64,000 nt of DNA, taken from Camelus dromedarius. Taxonomy: Eukaryota. Positions 50,901 through 64,000 of the stretch are shown one piece after another. A program made the translations under genes and the position numbers. A model generated the notes under the pieces. It was given only the letters and a program-made list of their open reading frames with translations, did no database searches and was not told the origin of the DNA. Within the stretch, counting starts at the first letter, position 1; each line of letters opens with the position of its first letter. The stretch lies in contig NC_087459.1 of assembly GCF_036321535.1 (NCBI RefSeq), positions 8,432,001 to 8,496,000 of the forward strand, written 5' to 3'.

Positions 50901-53741
50901 CAGCCTGCCAGATTCTCCATGGCCACACAGGTGAGGGCACTGGGCCAGTGCCCCCGGGACCTCATACTGGACTGGATTGCCCCCACTTGCCATAACTGAT
51001 CTCTAACCCCTCCCCCTCCACCTTCTCCCAGACATCGTCTTGGCCTTAGATGTCTTCCGGAAGGGGTGGCTCTTTGCCAGCTGTGGCAAGGTGAGGCACT
51101 ATAAAAGGTGAGGGTACAGGTACCCAGGTGGGGAAGCCCAGCCCAGGATCTGTCCTCATCCCTCCCATCCCCAGGATCAGACCATCCGCATCTGGAGGAT
51201 GAACAAGGCTGGTGAGGTGACCTGTGTGGCTCAGGGCTCTGGGCACACACACAGCGTGGGCACCATCTGCTGCTCGAGGTAGCGGTTCAGGGCTGGGTCC
51301 AGCGTATCATGGAGGCAGAGGCCCAGGCCCTGCTGATGGGGCTCCAGCTTAAGGAGATGGGAGGAGAAGGAGGCGGCTTTGGCCTTTGCTCACTGGGTCT
51401 CCAGGGATATGGAATGGAGAACAGGGGCACCCCTACATGCCATTATTGGGGGTTCCTTGGAAGTGGCCTTGAGGCTGGGTGGATAAAAGGGGAGGGGTGT
51501 CACAGCGGGGAAGGTGACACTGAGCAAGGCCCAGGTGGAGAAGGTACTGTTTAGAGCTGGAGGTCTCGTGGTTGGAGCCCAGTCGCCTGGTATGACAGCA
51601 CTGAGGGCGGGCAGAGCAGGCTTGAGGGCGGGCAAGTGGTCCTAGATGTGTATAGGGCTGACATGAGCAGTTCCCTTTCGGAGACAGTCTGTCTTTCTGG
51701 TCTGGACCAAGGTCTGACAGACCTGAACTATGGTGCACTGGCAGACAGGGCCAGCCAGGGCTCAGCAGGTGTCTCCCCATCCCCCAAATCGGTCCTTAGG
51801 CTGAAGGAGACCTTCCTGGTGACAGGCAGCCAGGACTGCACAGTGAAGCTGTGGTCCCTCCCCGAAGCCCTGCCGTCCCCAGGCTCAGTCCCAGTCGGGG
51901 GCCCTGTCCTCCTCCAGGCCCAGGCCACGCAGCGCTGCCATGATAAGGTAATGGCACACAGCACCAGGTGGGGCATGGTGAGGCCCCTGCTGGGACAGGG
52001 GTCTGAGCTGCTGCCCCCTCACATCACCAGGACATCAACAGTGTAGCTGTTGCCCCCAACGACAAGCTGCTGGCCACAGGGTCACAGGACCGCACAGCCA
52101 AACTCTGGGCCCTGCCACAGTGCCAGCTGCTGGGAGTCTTCTCAGGCCACCGACGGGGCCTCTGGTGTGTTCAGTTCTCACCCATGGACCAGGTGCTGGC
52201 CACAGCCTCAGCTGACGGCACAGTCAAGCTCTGGGCGCTGCAGGACTTCAGCTGCCTCAAGGTAAGCTGCCCTTACCCCAGGCGAGGCCCTCTGCCCGCT
52301 GGCATTTCACACCTTCCCCCACCCCACCTTGCAGACTTTTGAGGGGCATGACGCTTCTGTGCTGAAGGTGGCCTTTGTGAGCCGCGGTACCCAGCTGCTG
52401 TCCAGGTGAGTGGGCTGAGGGCGGGGTGGGACTCGGGGTGAGCTGGGGGGCAGGCCCCAAGGCTGAGCCCTCTCCCAATCCCAAACCCAGTGGCTCTGAC
52501 GGGCTTGTGAAGCTCTGGACCATCAAGAACAACGAGTGTGTGAGGACGCTGGACGCCCACGAGGACAAGGTCTGGGGGCTGCACTGTAGTAGGCTGGATG
52601 ACCACGCCCTCACCGGCGCCAGTGACTCCCGCATCATCCTCTGGAAGGTGCATGGGCTGGTGGGGGTGGAAAATGGGCAAGGCAGCATGGGCCTGCCTGC
52701 TGACCCCATTCTGACCCCAGGATGTGACCGAGGTGGAGCAGGCAGAGGAGCAGGCCAAGAGAGAGGAGCAGGTGGTCAAGTAAGTCCGGGGGTCTCCACC
52801 TGGCCCTGCTTGGGAGTCCCACGCATCAGTGTCAGCCCCTTGGAGTAGGGCGCACAGGCTTCCCTTCTCTTTATAGCCTGTGGGAACCAAGGCTTGGACC
52901 AGCAACACAGCTTCCCACCAGTGGGTGCTCTGCTCCAGGCTTCAGACCCCTGATGGCTCTGCCTTTAGCTCCAGCCAAGTCTCCCAGTGGCCCTGTCCCC
53001 TGTCCTCCCTCCTTCCCCCACCAGGCAGCAAGAGCTGGACAATCTGCTCCATGAAAAGCGGTACCTGCGGGCACTGGGCCTCGCCATCTCCCTGGACCGG
53101 CCCCACACGGTGCTGACCGTGATCCAGGGTCAGTGCTGCCTCAGGGGCTGGACAGGAAGGGCAGGGTTGGAGGGAGTCTCAGAGATCTGTGGTGTCCCTT
53201 CCCTGGGGCTCAATCTCCCCTCCTCCCACAGCCATCCGAAAGGACCCTGAGTCCTGCGAGAAGCTGGAAGCCACGGTGCTCCGACTGCGGCGAGACCAGA
53301 AAGGTTCGGGGTGGGGAGGTAGGGGCTGGATGATGGCTAGTAAGGGGCAGTGGCCCAGCAAGCAGGTCTGACCATCCCTGCCACCCACAGAGGCCTTGCT
53401 GCACTTCTGTGTCACGTGGAACACCAACTCACGGCACTGCCATGAAGCCCAGGCTGTGCTAGGCGTGCTCCTGCGGCATGAGGCCCCTGAAGAGCTGCTG
53501 GCCTATGAGGGTGTTCAGGCCTCACTTGAGGCCCTGCTGCCCTACACCGGTACGTGGGCACAGCCCAGGTCGGGGCAGGAAGAATCCAGCTGGCCCCCAT
53601 GGACCCCTGACAGCCTTCTGTTTTCCCCCAGAGCGGCACTTCCAGCGGCTCAGCCGGACACTGCAGGCGGCCACCTTCCTAGACTTCCTGTGGCACAACA
53701 TGAAGCTGCCCCCCCTCCCCGTGGCCCCCTCTGCCCTCTGA
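47631..53741 (+). CDS. TBL3: Transducin beta-like 3 (UTP13, SSU processome WD40 protein), 800 aa
   Basis: 22 exons: 47631-47671, 49050-49101, 49186-49281, 49371-49418, 49527-49668, 49761-49845, 49927-50097, 50182-50257, 50331-50424, 50511-50692, 50789-50930, 51032-51090, 51175-51278, 51800-51947, 52031-52261, 52335-52405, 52491-52647, 52721-52779, 53025-53128, 53232-53303, 53391-53549, 53632-53741. Total 2403 nt, phases consistent. Confidence 0.97.
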
Positions 53742-54090
53742 ACATGCAGAAAGATGGACTTTGCCATCTCGGCACGCTGTGTCTGTCTGAGCTTTGTCTC
53801 ACCCCAGGTCTTGGCCTCCAACCAGCTCCATCCCCACCCCTGGCCTGGCTGAGATCCAGCAAGCCCCGCCCCTCAGTACAGACACCGTAGCAGCGTGGGT
53901 CCATCAGGAGAGCTTTACTCAGGACAAGGAGGGGTGTAGCCTCCTGGCCTCACCCACTTGGGGTCAAGTGCTCCTCCCACAGCCCTGGGGCTGATGTGGC
54001 TGCTATCAGTCATCCCTGGAGTTTGGAGCTTCTGGGCTGCCGCTCCAGTTATGGGGTGCACAGCGCAGCCCTCCACCAGGTTCCACACAC

Positions 54091-56194
54091 TCAAAAAGGT
54101 CCCTGACCCTCTGGGTCCCTCCTCAGTGCCCTACGGGTGATGGTGCAGCACCGGCTCTGAATAGCACTCAGTGGTGGTCGGGCAGGCACAGTAGGGGGAA
54201 GGGTCTTGGCCTGGGGGCACTTGGGGAAGTTTCGGGCCTCTCCCTCTCTGTCCTCCCCACCATCTGCCCCAAGGTGGAGCCATGGCCCGCTAAGGACTGT
54301 GCCCAGCCCGTCTGGCTGCAGTATTGCAGCTGGGAGAAGACCAGTGCGGCCACCAAATCTGTGAAGAAGATGAAGTTTGGTTAGCTAGACTGGGCACCCC
54401 CACCCCACCCCACCCCCACCGAAGCCCCCACACACACCTGCACAGCCACCAGCCGCGGTCGGACGTTTCCAGCACACACACGTGTGCCCCTGCAGGCACT
54501 GACAGCTCATCAGCTTGGCTGCCCTCAAAGGCACGGGAAGCACAGAACTGGGACCCTGGAGTGGATGCTTTGTGGTCACCATGGGGGCCACAGAGGCCAG
54601 GGCCTCACCTGTCGGTCCCCCCCCCCCATTTGCTGAATCACCACCTCCAGGCTCTCCCCATTTGGATCTCTGCAGACACCAGGGACCACTCTAAAACTCC
54701 CTGGGGCGCTGGCTCACTAGAGGGACCAGTCACACTACAGGGCTGCTCTCACCACCTAGTCATCCCCTGGCTTGAGTGCTCCCTGTGGTCCACCCGTGAT
54801 GTACACTGCCCAGTAGTGCTGCTGGGTGTGGGGAGGAGGGTTAGTCTCGTACCACTGCTCACTAGGGACCGACCCCCATCTCGTCCCTGGCCCGGGGCCA
54901 CCTCCTCCAGGTAGGGAGCAGGAAACCATGCCATCTGCTGGTCCTCGTTCGCCACCAGCCACCAGCCTGTGCCCAAGAGGTGGGTAGAGGTTCAGATCCT
55001 GAGGCCCCTTGGGATCCAAGGGGGCAGAAGGTCGAGTCCCCAGACTCCTGCCCAGCCCCACCTGAGGGGTGTCGCAGCAGCACGTTAAGGGCCTCCTGGG
55101 CCCGAGCCTGGAAGGGCTGGCCCCACGCATCCTGGGTGCTGAAGGGCTGCAGGCAACGCAGACTCGGAGCCCCCAGACTGCAGCTGGCAGGGCTGTCCCT
55201 GGGGCCTGGTAGGGGCTCTTCCCGGGCAGGCAGGATCACCAGGCTGGTAAGGGCCAAGGGTGCAGATGAGAGGTGGTTGAGTGGGAAGATTGGGGGTTGG
55301 CCAGCTGTCCCTCAGGAGTCCACCCAGCCTCCAGGCCTTCCCTCCTAACAGGCCCTTAATCCACCCCACCTCCCCCATCTTCCAAATGTTTCTGCCGGCA
55401 GGGAGTTGGGGGTGGGTCAGGCACCTGCCCGGTGGCAGCGCAGGCTCCAGGTCCAGAGGTTGTGGCGCGAAGAAGCCAGTGAGCACCGGGCTGCGGGACA
55501 AACGCTCCCCCGCAACCAGCAGCGCCCTCAAATAGGTTTCCAGCAGCCGCAGGCGCACCAGGCCGCGGCCCGTGCGCCCCCAGTGTGCCAACAAGGATGC
55601 ATCTGTGGGCAAGATAGGGACAGACTGGGACCTTGCCCTAGGGCTCCCCACATCAGACCACAGCCACTCCCACCCCTCCTGGGACCCCTGCTGGCTGACC
55701 AGGAAGTTTGGGGAGAATGCGGTCTGATCTCTGCAGCAGGCCCGCCTCCACTGGGAAGGTCTCCTTGAGGGTCTTCTGAGGGTGAGAATGGGCATCTCAG
55801 TCTCTGAGGGCCCACTGGGTTCCCCTGGGAGGGTGGGGGTCCCTTGCCAGGATCTTAGGGGCTGGAGGACCCAAGGGCAGGCACTTGAGAGGGGTGGTCA
55901 TTGCTGGGTCATGCAGTTGGGGGAAGTTGGGGTCGCTCCAGGCTCACTCACATGGAGTTTTCTGAACTGATCCCAGCTTCTGCGTGCAAAGGTGTCACTG
56001 TCATCCGACCAGTGCACAGAGAAGGCGAACGTCTGTGGGATGAAAGGGTGGGGGACACCATGGAGGGACTAAGCCAGGAACTCCCTCCCTCCCTCTTGGG
56101 GCCGTCAGGGATCCCCGTTGGTTCCTACCTGGAGCTTCTCTGTCTGCACCAGAGCTGCCCCGCTCACGAACACTGGGTGTCGGGGGCCTGCCAT
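54091..56194 (-). CDS. NOXO1: NADPH oxidase organizer 1 (PX, two SH3, PRR), 360 aa
   Basis: Exons 56194-56129, 56032-55952, 55775-55700, 55602-55425, 55243-55062, 54966-54853, 54555-54438, 54358-54091 (1083 nt). MAGPRHPV start, RRSWDQF (PX), GWWLV...WFPAPYLE and RGWWLCR (SH3), PPTVPARP and [10 protein letters not shown]. Confidence 0.95.
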
Positions 56195-57879
56195 TGCTGT
56201 GGCTTTCCCAGAACTCTGTCACGGGCTTCTGGAGTCTGCCAGGTGTAGTCAAGGGTCCTACTGCCTCCCTGCCTGCGTGGGGAGGGGAGTACCCCCTGGG
56301 GCACCAGGAAGGCTGTTTGGAATTCCCCGGCAATGCCCCAGACCCACCAGGTGTTTGCGGCACTTCCCGGCCCCTGACTGGGTCCTTCACAGCTTCCTCA
56401 CCGCACCCCTAGATCTGGGTGGGAGGACAGGTGCACAGGGCTTGGTGGGAGGGGCTGGGACTGCTGCCTGAGGCTCTGCTGCTGAGTCTGGGAGGAGGAG
56501 GGGAAGCATGAGCCATCAAACCACGTCAGACCTGGCCAACCCTCCCTGCCCTCCCACGCCCCATGTAGCAGTGACTGGAAAGAGCCACCTGCAGGGTGTG
56601 CCCCTTGGCTCTGTCTTTGAACTCCCTGGGGCGGTGACTACAATTGTCACCAGGAAAGAATGACCCAGCACTAAGGGCTTGAAGTCCTTTGTTTGGCTTA
56701 ATTTTTATGTAGCAGGAAAGGTTATTTAATGTCCCCAAGTCACAGAGGAGGAAATTTGTGTTAAATATTGTAAGGTTTCTTTTTGTGTGTGTGTGTTGGG
56801 GAGAGACCACAGGCTCACCCTATAGGTTCCCCTGTGGTAGGGGGATTTGGGATGGGATGAACAGGGTCCATCTGTAGTCACTAGCATTTGGGGGATGGGG
56901 AGGTGGTGACCAGGACTGTTTTGAGAGTCACCTCCAAACTTATGATTTATCATAGTTTATTGCAAACAAAGCCTCTGAGATTAGGAATGACCATTCCCCC
57001 ACTAACTGGGGGGTGGGGGCAGTGAAGGTTAAGGCCCTAGAGTCCCCAGACAGAGGGTGTGCCCAGATGCCCCACAACGCTGAACTGCTTCCTTATAAGG
57101 GAGATTTCTGGGGCCCCATCCTACCCTGGTATGCAGTGGTTTTGTCTGCTGTTGGGGCCACCACCTCTGTGTTGGGACTTCCACTGCCCTGTACACTCCA
57201 GGGAGACGTGAGCCTCTAGGGCATCCCTCCAGGAAACCACCCTGGCCTCAACAAAAGGCCTTTGTGTATCTGTTTGACCAGCAGCTCTCTCTGAAGCCCT
57301 CAAACCTTCCCTGGTCTTGGCCCAGGCAATGAACAATGCTGACATAGGCCTGCTTTTTGCAAAGTGCCTTCAGCCCAGCTGTCATACTCCTGCCAACCTC
57401 AGTGGGGCCCACGCTGGCCTGGTAGGGTCCAAGGTGGAAAAGATCCTGCTTCCTTGGAAGACAAAGGAGAGAAACTGGAGAAGGGCCAGTTAACTCACAG
57501 CCAGGGACCTAGAAGGATGCAGAGACCCCCCTTCCTATACTAATTAACAACCCTTGTTCCACACCCCCAGCAACCTAGATTCTTTCCACTTCTTTCCTTC
57601 TCCATAACACCTTTCATCCTGTCACCGGGACAACTACAAGAGCCCATCCTCCCCCAATGCCTGTGCTCCTCACTCACACCCAGGACATCCACTCTCCAGA
57701 GGAATCTGCAAAACAGAAATGGGATTAAGTCAGGGTAGTAGCCCTCCCCGAAACTGCCCAGCACCTTCCCACAATCCTCAGAATAAATCCTCAACTCCCA
57801 AGGCAGTTGATTGAGGACCTCGGTGGGCCCCTGGCCACCCCAGATCTCTCACCACCCTCCCCAGGCCACCACCCTGTAC

Positions 57880-58205
57880 TTTCTGCAAGAGGCCAATACC
57901 CTCCTCTCTCCTGCCTCAGCCTTGACTGACCTCCTCAACTGATTCCCCGTCCTTCAGGCCTCTGCCTAAGGGTCACCTCCTCAAGGAGGCCTCCTGGATT
58001 TCCTATACCCTGTTCACAGCACCCATCAGTTTGTACCTGAATATTTATTAGTGTGATTTCTCCTTTTGTTTTTGTTTTTTTCCATCTTGATCACTGGACT
58101 ATGAGCTGAGGACGTCAGGGATGGGATCTTGCTCCCCACCCTGCCCAGCTCCTAACTGTGTTTGGAACAGATTAGGCACGACACAAGTATTTGCGGAATG
58201 AACAA
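57880..58205 (+). mobile_element. LINE-2 3' fragment
   Basis: GGTCACCTCCTCAAGGAGGCCTCC...GGCACGACACAAGTATTTGCGGAATGAAC. Confidence 0.55.
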
Positions 58206-58987
58206 ATGCAGGTATGGAAGCAGAGGTATCCTTGAAGCCACTCCCGACTTCATGCAGGCTATAGGATTCGAGGGCTCTGGATGCACGCAGGAGACACACC
58301 GTCCCCTTTGCAGTCACGGCCAGGCCCCAAGTTGCCTGACTCCCGTTGCCATGGCGCCAGTCGCCCGGGCGGATCCGTGGGACCCCGGCCCCAGCACGCA
58401 CCGCCCTCTGTGCGCTCACGGCCCTGCCCGGCGTTGCCATGGCGCCAAGAAACGGCTGCTGAACGCGCCCCCAACTGAGGGCACAGAGCTTAGCCGCGGG
58501 CACGCGGGACGGTCAGAGCAAAGCGATGGGTGCATCGCGGGCCGCAACACAGACGTCGCCTCGGCCGCAGCCCGAGGCCGCGGCACGGCCACGGCGCTGC
58601 TTCCACAACACGCTGCTCTTCTACTGGAGGAAACGGGAGCGCAAGCCCGGACGACGCAAGTCGGGATCGGGTCGAGGAACGAGGCCTAGGGGTGCAGCCA
58701 TGACCCGGGCGTCCGGCCTCGCGCGCACCCAGGCCGCCCGGACCCCTGCTTCCAGCTCTGCCTCTTCCCGGGCGCGGGCCGAGTCCCCGGGCTCCGCCAC
58801 CTCGCCGGAACCCGGCCCCGCCTCCGACCCCGCCCCCGGCCCCAGCTCAAGCTCAGCGCCCGCGCCCGCGGCGCGCGCCCCCAGCTCCTGTGGCCGCGCC
58901 CTGGCGGCGGCGCGCGCGCTGGCCTGGAGGCCGACTTGGAGACCCATCTGGAGGCCGAGCTGGCCCGGCAGGCGTTGCGCGGGCAAC

Positions 58988-60907
<1,920 letters not shown>

Positions 60908-63900
60908 CCAGCAGCCAACTGGAGCCTGTGGGTGGTCTGGCCAGCAGAGAGGGTGGGGCGCTCATTAAAGTGCCTCAGAGCCAGAGCCTGTTGTGTCTCA
61001 CCTGTGTTGGGTGGTTCCCAGATATTGCCCGTGGAGCCCTTCCCCTCTCAAGTTAGGGGTAGAGGTGGAGATGCCCGTTCCCGGCACCCTGATGGCCTCC
61101 TCAGCCACCACCCCATGGGGCTGCAGGTGAAGGAGGCAGGAGCAGCGTAGACTGTCCTTTCCATAGAGGATTCAGCCTCCTGCTCACTTGCCGCCCTGGT
61201 GCCCTACTTCCCCCAACAGGAAGGCAACAGGCCTGGCTGTCTCGCCCCTCCAGGCCAGGCCATTGTCTCCAAACCTTGTAGCTAGGGAAAGCAGATGTGG
61301 TTGTAGCCCCAGGGGCTGTGTGCTGTTTGCACGTCAGGAAAGAGGCTCCGGAGGCTGAGCTCTGTTGCACGCAAGTCCCTGTTCAACCTGTGGCCTTGCC
61401 TAGCTGTACCAGGCCTGTCAGAGGCTTCGTGGAACTTGAGACCAAAATAAAATGCTGGAGAAGTGACTGAAGACCTGGCTGTGGTGTGTTTTGTGCCGGG
61501 ACTTGCAGCAATGGACAGGGCCTGCCCTTGTCCCTCTATGGTCTACTGCTTTCTCCCATCTGGGTTCTGGCTCCTTAGGAAGTGGGAGAGGTCCCAAGGC
61601 AAGAAAGAGTGGGTCAAGATGTTCCAGGAACAGCAAGGAGGCCGAGGAAGGGTCAAAGAGGCAAGGAGAGGTCACAAGGCAGGAGTCCTCAAGGCCCAAG
61701 GAAAGATGTGGTTTTAAGACCCAGCTCCTGTGACAAGAAGGTCTTGAAGGATTTGGAACAGAGGAATAGCAAGATGTGACTTTTGAAAGGTCCCTCTGGC
61801 TGCTGAGCTAGAATGAGGTAGGCGTGGACAAGTGCAGGGAGGGCAGGCACCCATGTGGCAGCTTAGAGGGAAGCTCACCCAAGGGTGGGTAGGAGAGGTC
61901 GCTGGATACACTCAGGGTGGAGCCCAGGGTGAAGCCCAGGGTGACTCCAGGATTCTGGCCCAAGCAGCTGGAAGGATGGAGTTGCCCAGTGTATTAATGA
62001 AATGCAAAAAGGCTGTAACTGGAGCAGGTTTGGGGGTGACCTGGACTCAGCTTTTGGGCCTTCCTGGATCTTCGCAGCCATACCTGCTCCTAGGCCTTGG
62101 CTCCTGGCTTCCCAGCTGGAATGGCCCAGCAACAGTGTGCCCCATCCCTGTGGTTGTAAAGCTCTGGTCACCTCTCTCCATGGTGTCTCAGCTTCTCCCT
62201 GGGCAGGTGCCAACATTTGGCACAGTCTCCTCGGCACCTTTACCCCACTGGCCCCATGGGGGTGCTGGTTTCTGCAGGGCCAGGTGATGCAAAGAAATAG
62301 GCAGGGAGCCACCAGCAAAGGAGTCACGGCTCTTTCCTTCCCTAGCACAGAGCTTCTCTCTGGCTTTTCCCAAGTCGCCTGTATGCCGGGAGCCAGCAAA
62401 GCTGTGGGAGCTCAGGAGCACCATCTGTATTTGCTCTCCCTCCTTCCCTGCCTCGCCTCCCTTTTTCCCTAACCCTGGCTCCCCCGAAGCTTCACTGCCC
62501 ATTAAAACTCTTACTTGGCTGCAGACTCGGTTTTCTAGGGCCTCTAGGCTAAGACAAGTGGGATTCTAATTTAAGGGAAGGTTCTGGCTCCAGCTGTCAG
62601 CACAGAGACGAAAGGAGTGGACACAGAGCAGGGAGAAGAGACCCAGGACCATGCCCTGGGACCCCTAAGGTTCAGAGGTCACAGATTGAACAAGAGGAGG
62701 GAACTGAGAAGGGGTGACAAGAAAGGGCCCAGGAAGTTGGAGGAACACGAGGAGAGGGTGACATGGGCAGTATTCCCAAGAGGACAGGGACAGGATGCAG
62801 TGCCTGAATTGCCCCAGAACTAAAAGGAGCAGTGACAGCTGGAAGTGGAAGTGGCCTTAAGAATGGAGGTTTTGAAAAAAAAAAAGAATGGAGGTTTGTT
62901 TTTGAGTTACAAGAAGGTAGCACGTTTATGCACTGATGTAAATGATCAAGTAAAAGGGAGAACAAATTATGCGTGGGACCAAGAGGGGGGACTGTCACTG
63001 ACAGGCGAGAGGTGATGGGATTGGATGTACAGTGTAATGGAGTTGACCAGTGGATGGCCACATCTGGGATAACAGGTACCACTGTCCACACCACCCAGAT
63101 GGCATGGTTGGGAACTGGGTTTGAATCCCAACCCTTTACTTTCCATGATCAAGGACCTCAAACAGCCTGCCTATTAACCAAACTATGGGGGTAAAACAGT
63201 CCCTACCTCTGCAGGTTGTGGTGAAACGCCTGGCATTAAATGTTCAACCATTGCAGACTTTTCTATGCCTTAGACAGAAATGGGAGTAATCTGGGCCCCT
63301 GCTGGCTGGCTGGAAGGAACATGAAGGAAGGAACCCTTATCTAACAGGGGCTGGGCGATGTGTGGAAGAGACCTAGTAAGTACATGGGGCAGCTAGGCAC
63401 CAGCTCTGCCAAACTCCCCATCTCTGATGCTTCAGCCCACTCCTTGGCCCCAAACTAAATACGTCAGCCAATGGTCAGTTGAGGAGGCCCAGGAGTGCGG
63501 AGGGTTCTGTGAGCACCCTTGGAATGACAACATCCAGCCACAGGAAAAGAGCAGAGATGCCCCACCTCCCACCCATGCTGGCCTGTAGACTCTGCCTTCC
63601 TGGACAAGGGCCTCTGGGGGCAGAAGCCATTCTCCCTCCCTGTTGGGAAGGCTAGAGTCCTCTGAATGAGAAGCTAGGGTGTAGTGGGAAGTCATGGGAA
63701 AGGCCCCAGTAACCTACCTCTGGTCTACAGGGACCAGGGCCAGGAAGCTGGGTCCCTTTCTCTGAGGGCTGTAGGGGAAGACTTTGGGGCCCTTGGGCCT
63801 GTTTTACCTCCTGACACAATCAGAAAGGGCCCTGCTCAGAGGAGCGGGGCCATGTCAGTCTGTCTATCCACGTGGCTACAGCAAAGCCTGAGCCCAGTGT

Positions 63901-64000
63901 CTGCCTGCCTTGCTGACTCCTGACTACTTGTGAGGGGCAGAGGGGGATCCAGCCCCTTGACCCTGCCGCCTGATGGGGACCTGGGGCCTGGACCCTGGTC

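Noticed and set aside
54000-54093. NOXO1 C-terminus shorter than human, and linker Ser154 site apparently replaced
   Set aside because: All functional motifs (PX, SH3s, PRR, RCCT) are retained; the tail and linker are poorly conserved among mammals as far as I recall.
61915-61950. Short 12-nt tandem repeats (also 11-nt at 14116-14140 and 13-nt near 36772-36797)
   Set aside because: Two or three copies only; ordinary slippage duplications with no spacer structure. Nothing CRISPR-like exists in this eukaryotic window.
62900-64000. Start of the next syntenic gene (SYNGR3 expected)
   Set aside because: No CpG island or coding exon is visible before the window ends.

Overview
Mammalian genomic DNA, GC-rich and gene-dense, syntenic with human 16p13.3. 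The tRNA-derived SINEs suggest a camelid (inference). I reconstructed all exons by hand; every coding junction I could see is GT-AG and keeps the frame. Gene order: HS3ST6(-), MSRB1/SELENOR(-, selenoprotein with in-frame UGA and a 3'UTR SECIS), RPL3L(-, exon 5 largely inside an N gap), NDUFB10(+), RPS2(-, hosting SNORA10 and SNORA64), SNHG9(+, hosting SNORA78), RNF151(+), TBL3(+, 22 exons), NOXO1(-), GFER(+). Old L1/L2/MIR copies, an ERVL gag-pro relic, younger SINEs and L1 ends, microsatellites and two assembly gaps are interspersed. All genes are known, so novelty lies in the details. The best leads are: a ladder of near-cognate start codons in the GFER leader feeding one overlapping ORF; altered cysteines in GFER; RPS2 peculiarities (an intron I recall as absent in human, an APG insertion, a possible third intronic ncRNA); a perfect CArG box upstream of muscle-specific RPL3L; an AUG uORF overlapping the HS3ST6 start; an orphan CpG/G4 island; and a dual-frame RNF151 C-terminus. 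Comparisons with human or other species are from memory and need checking.
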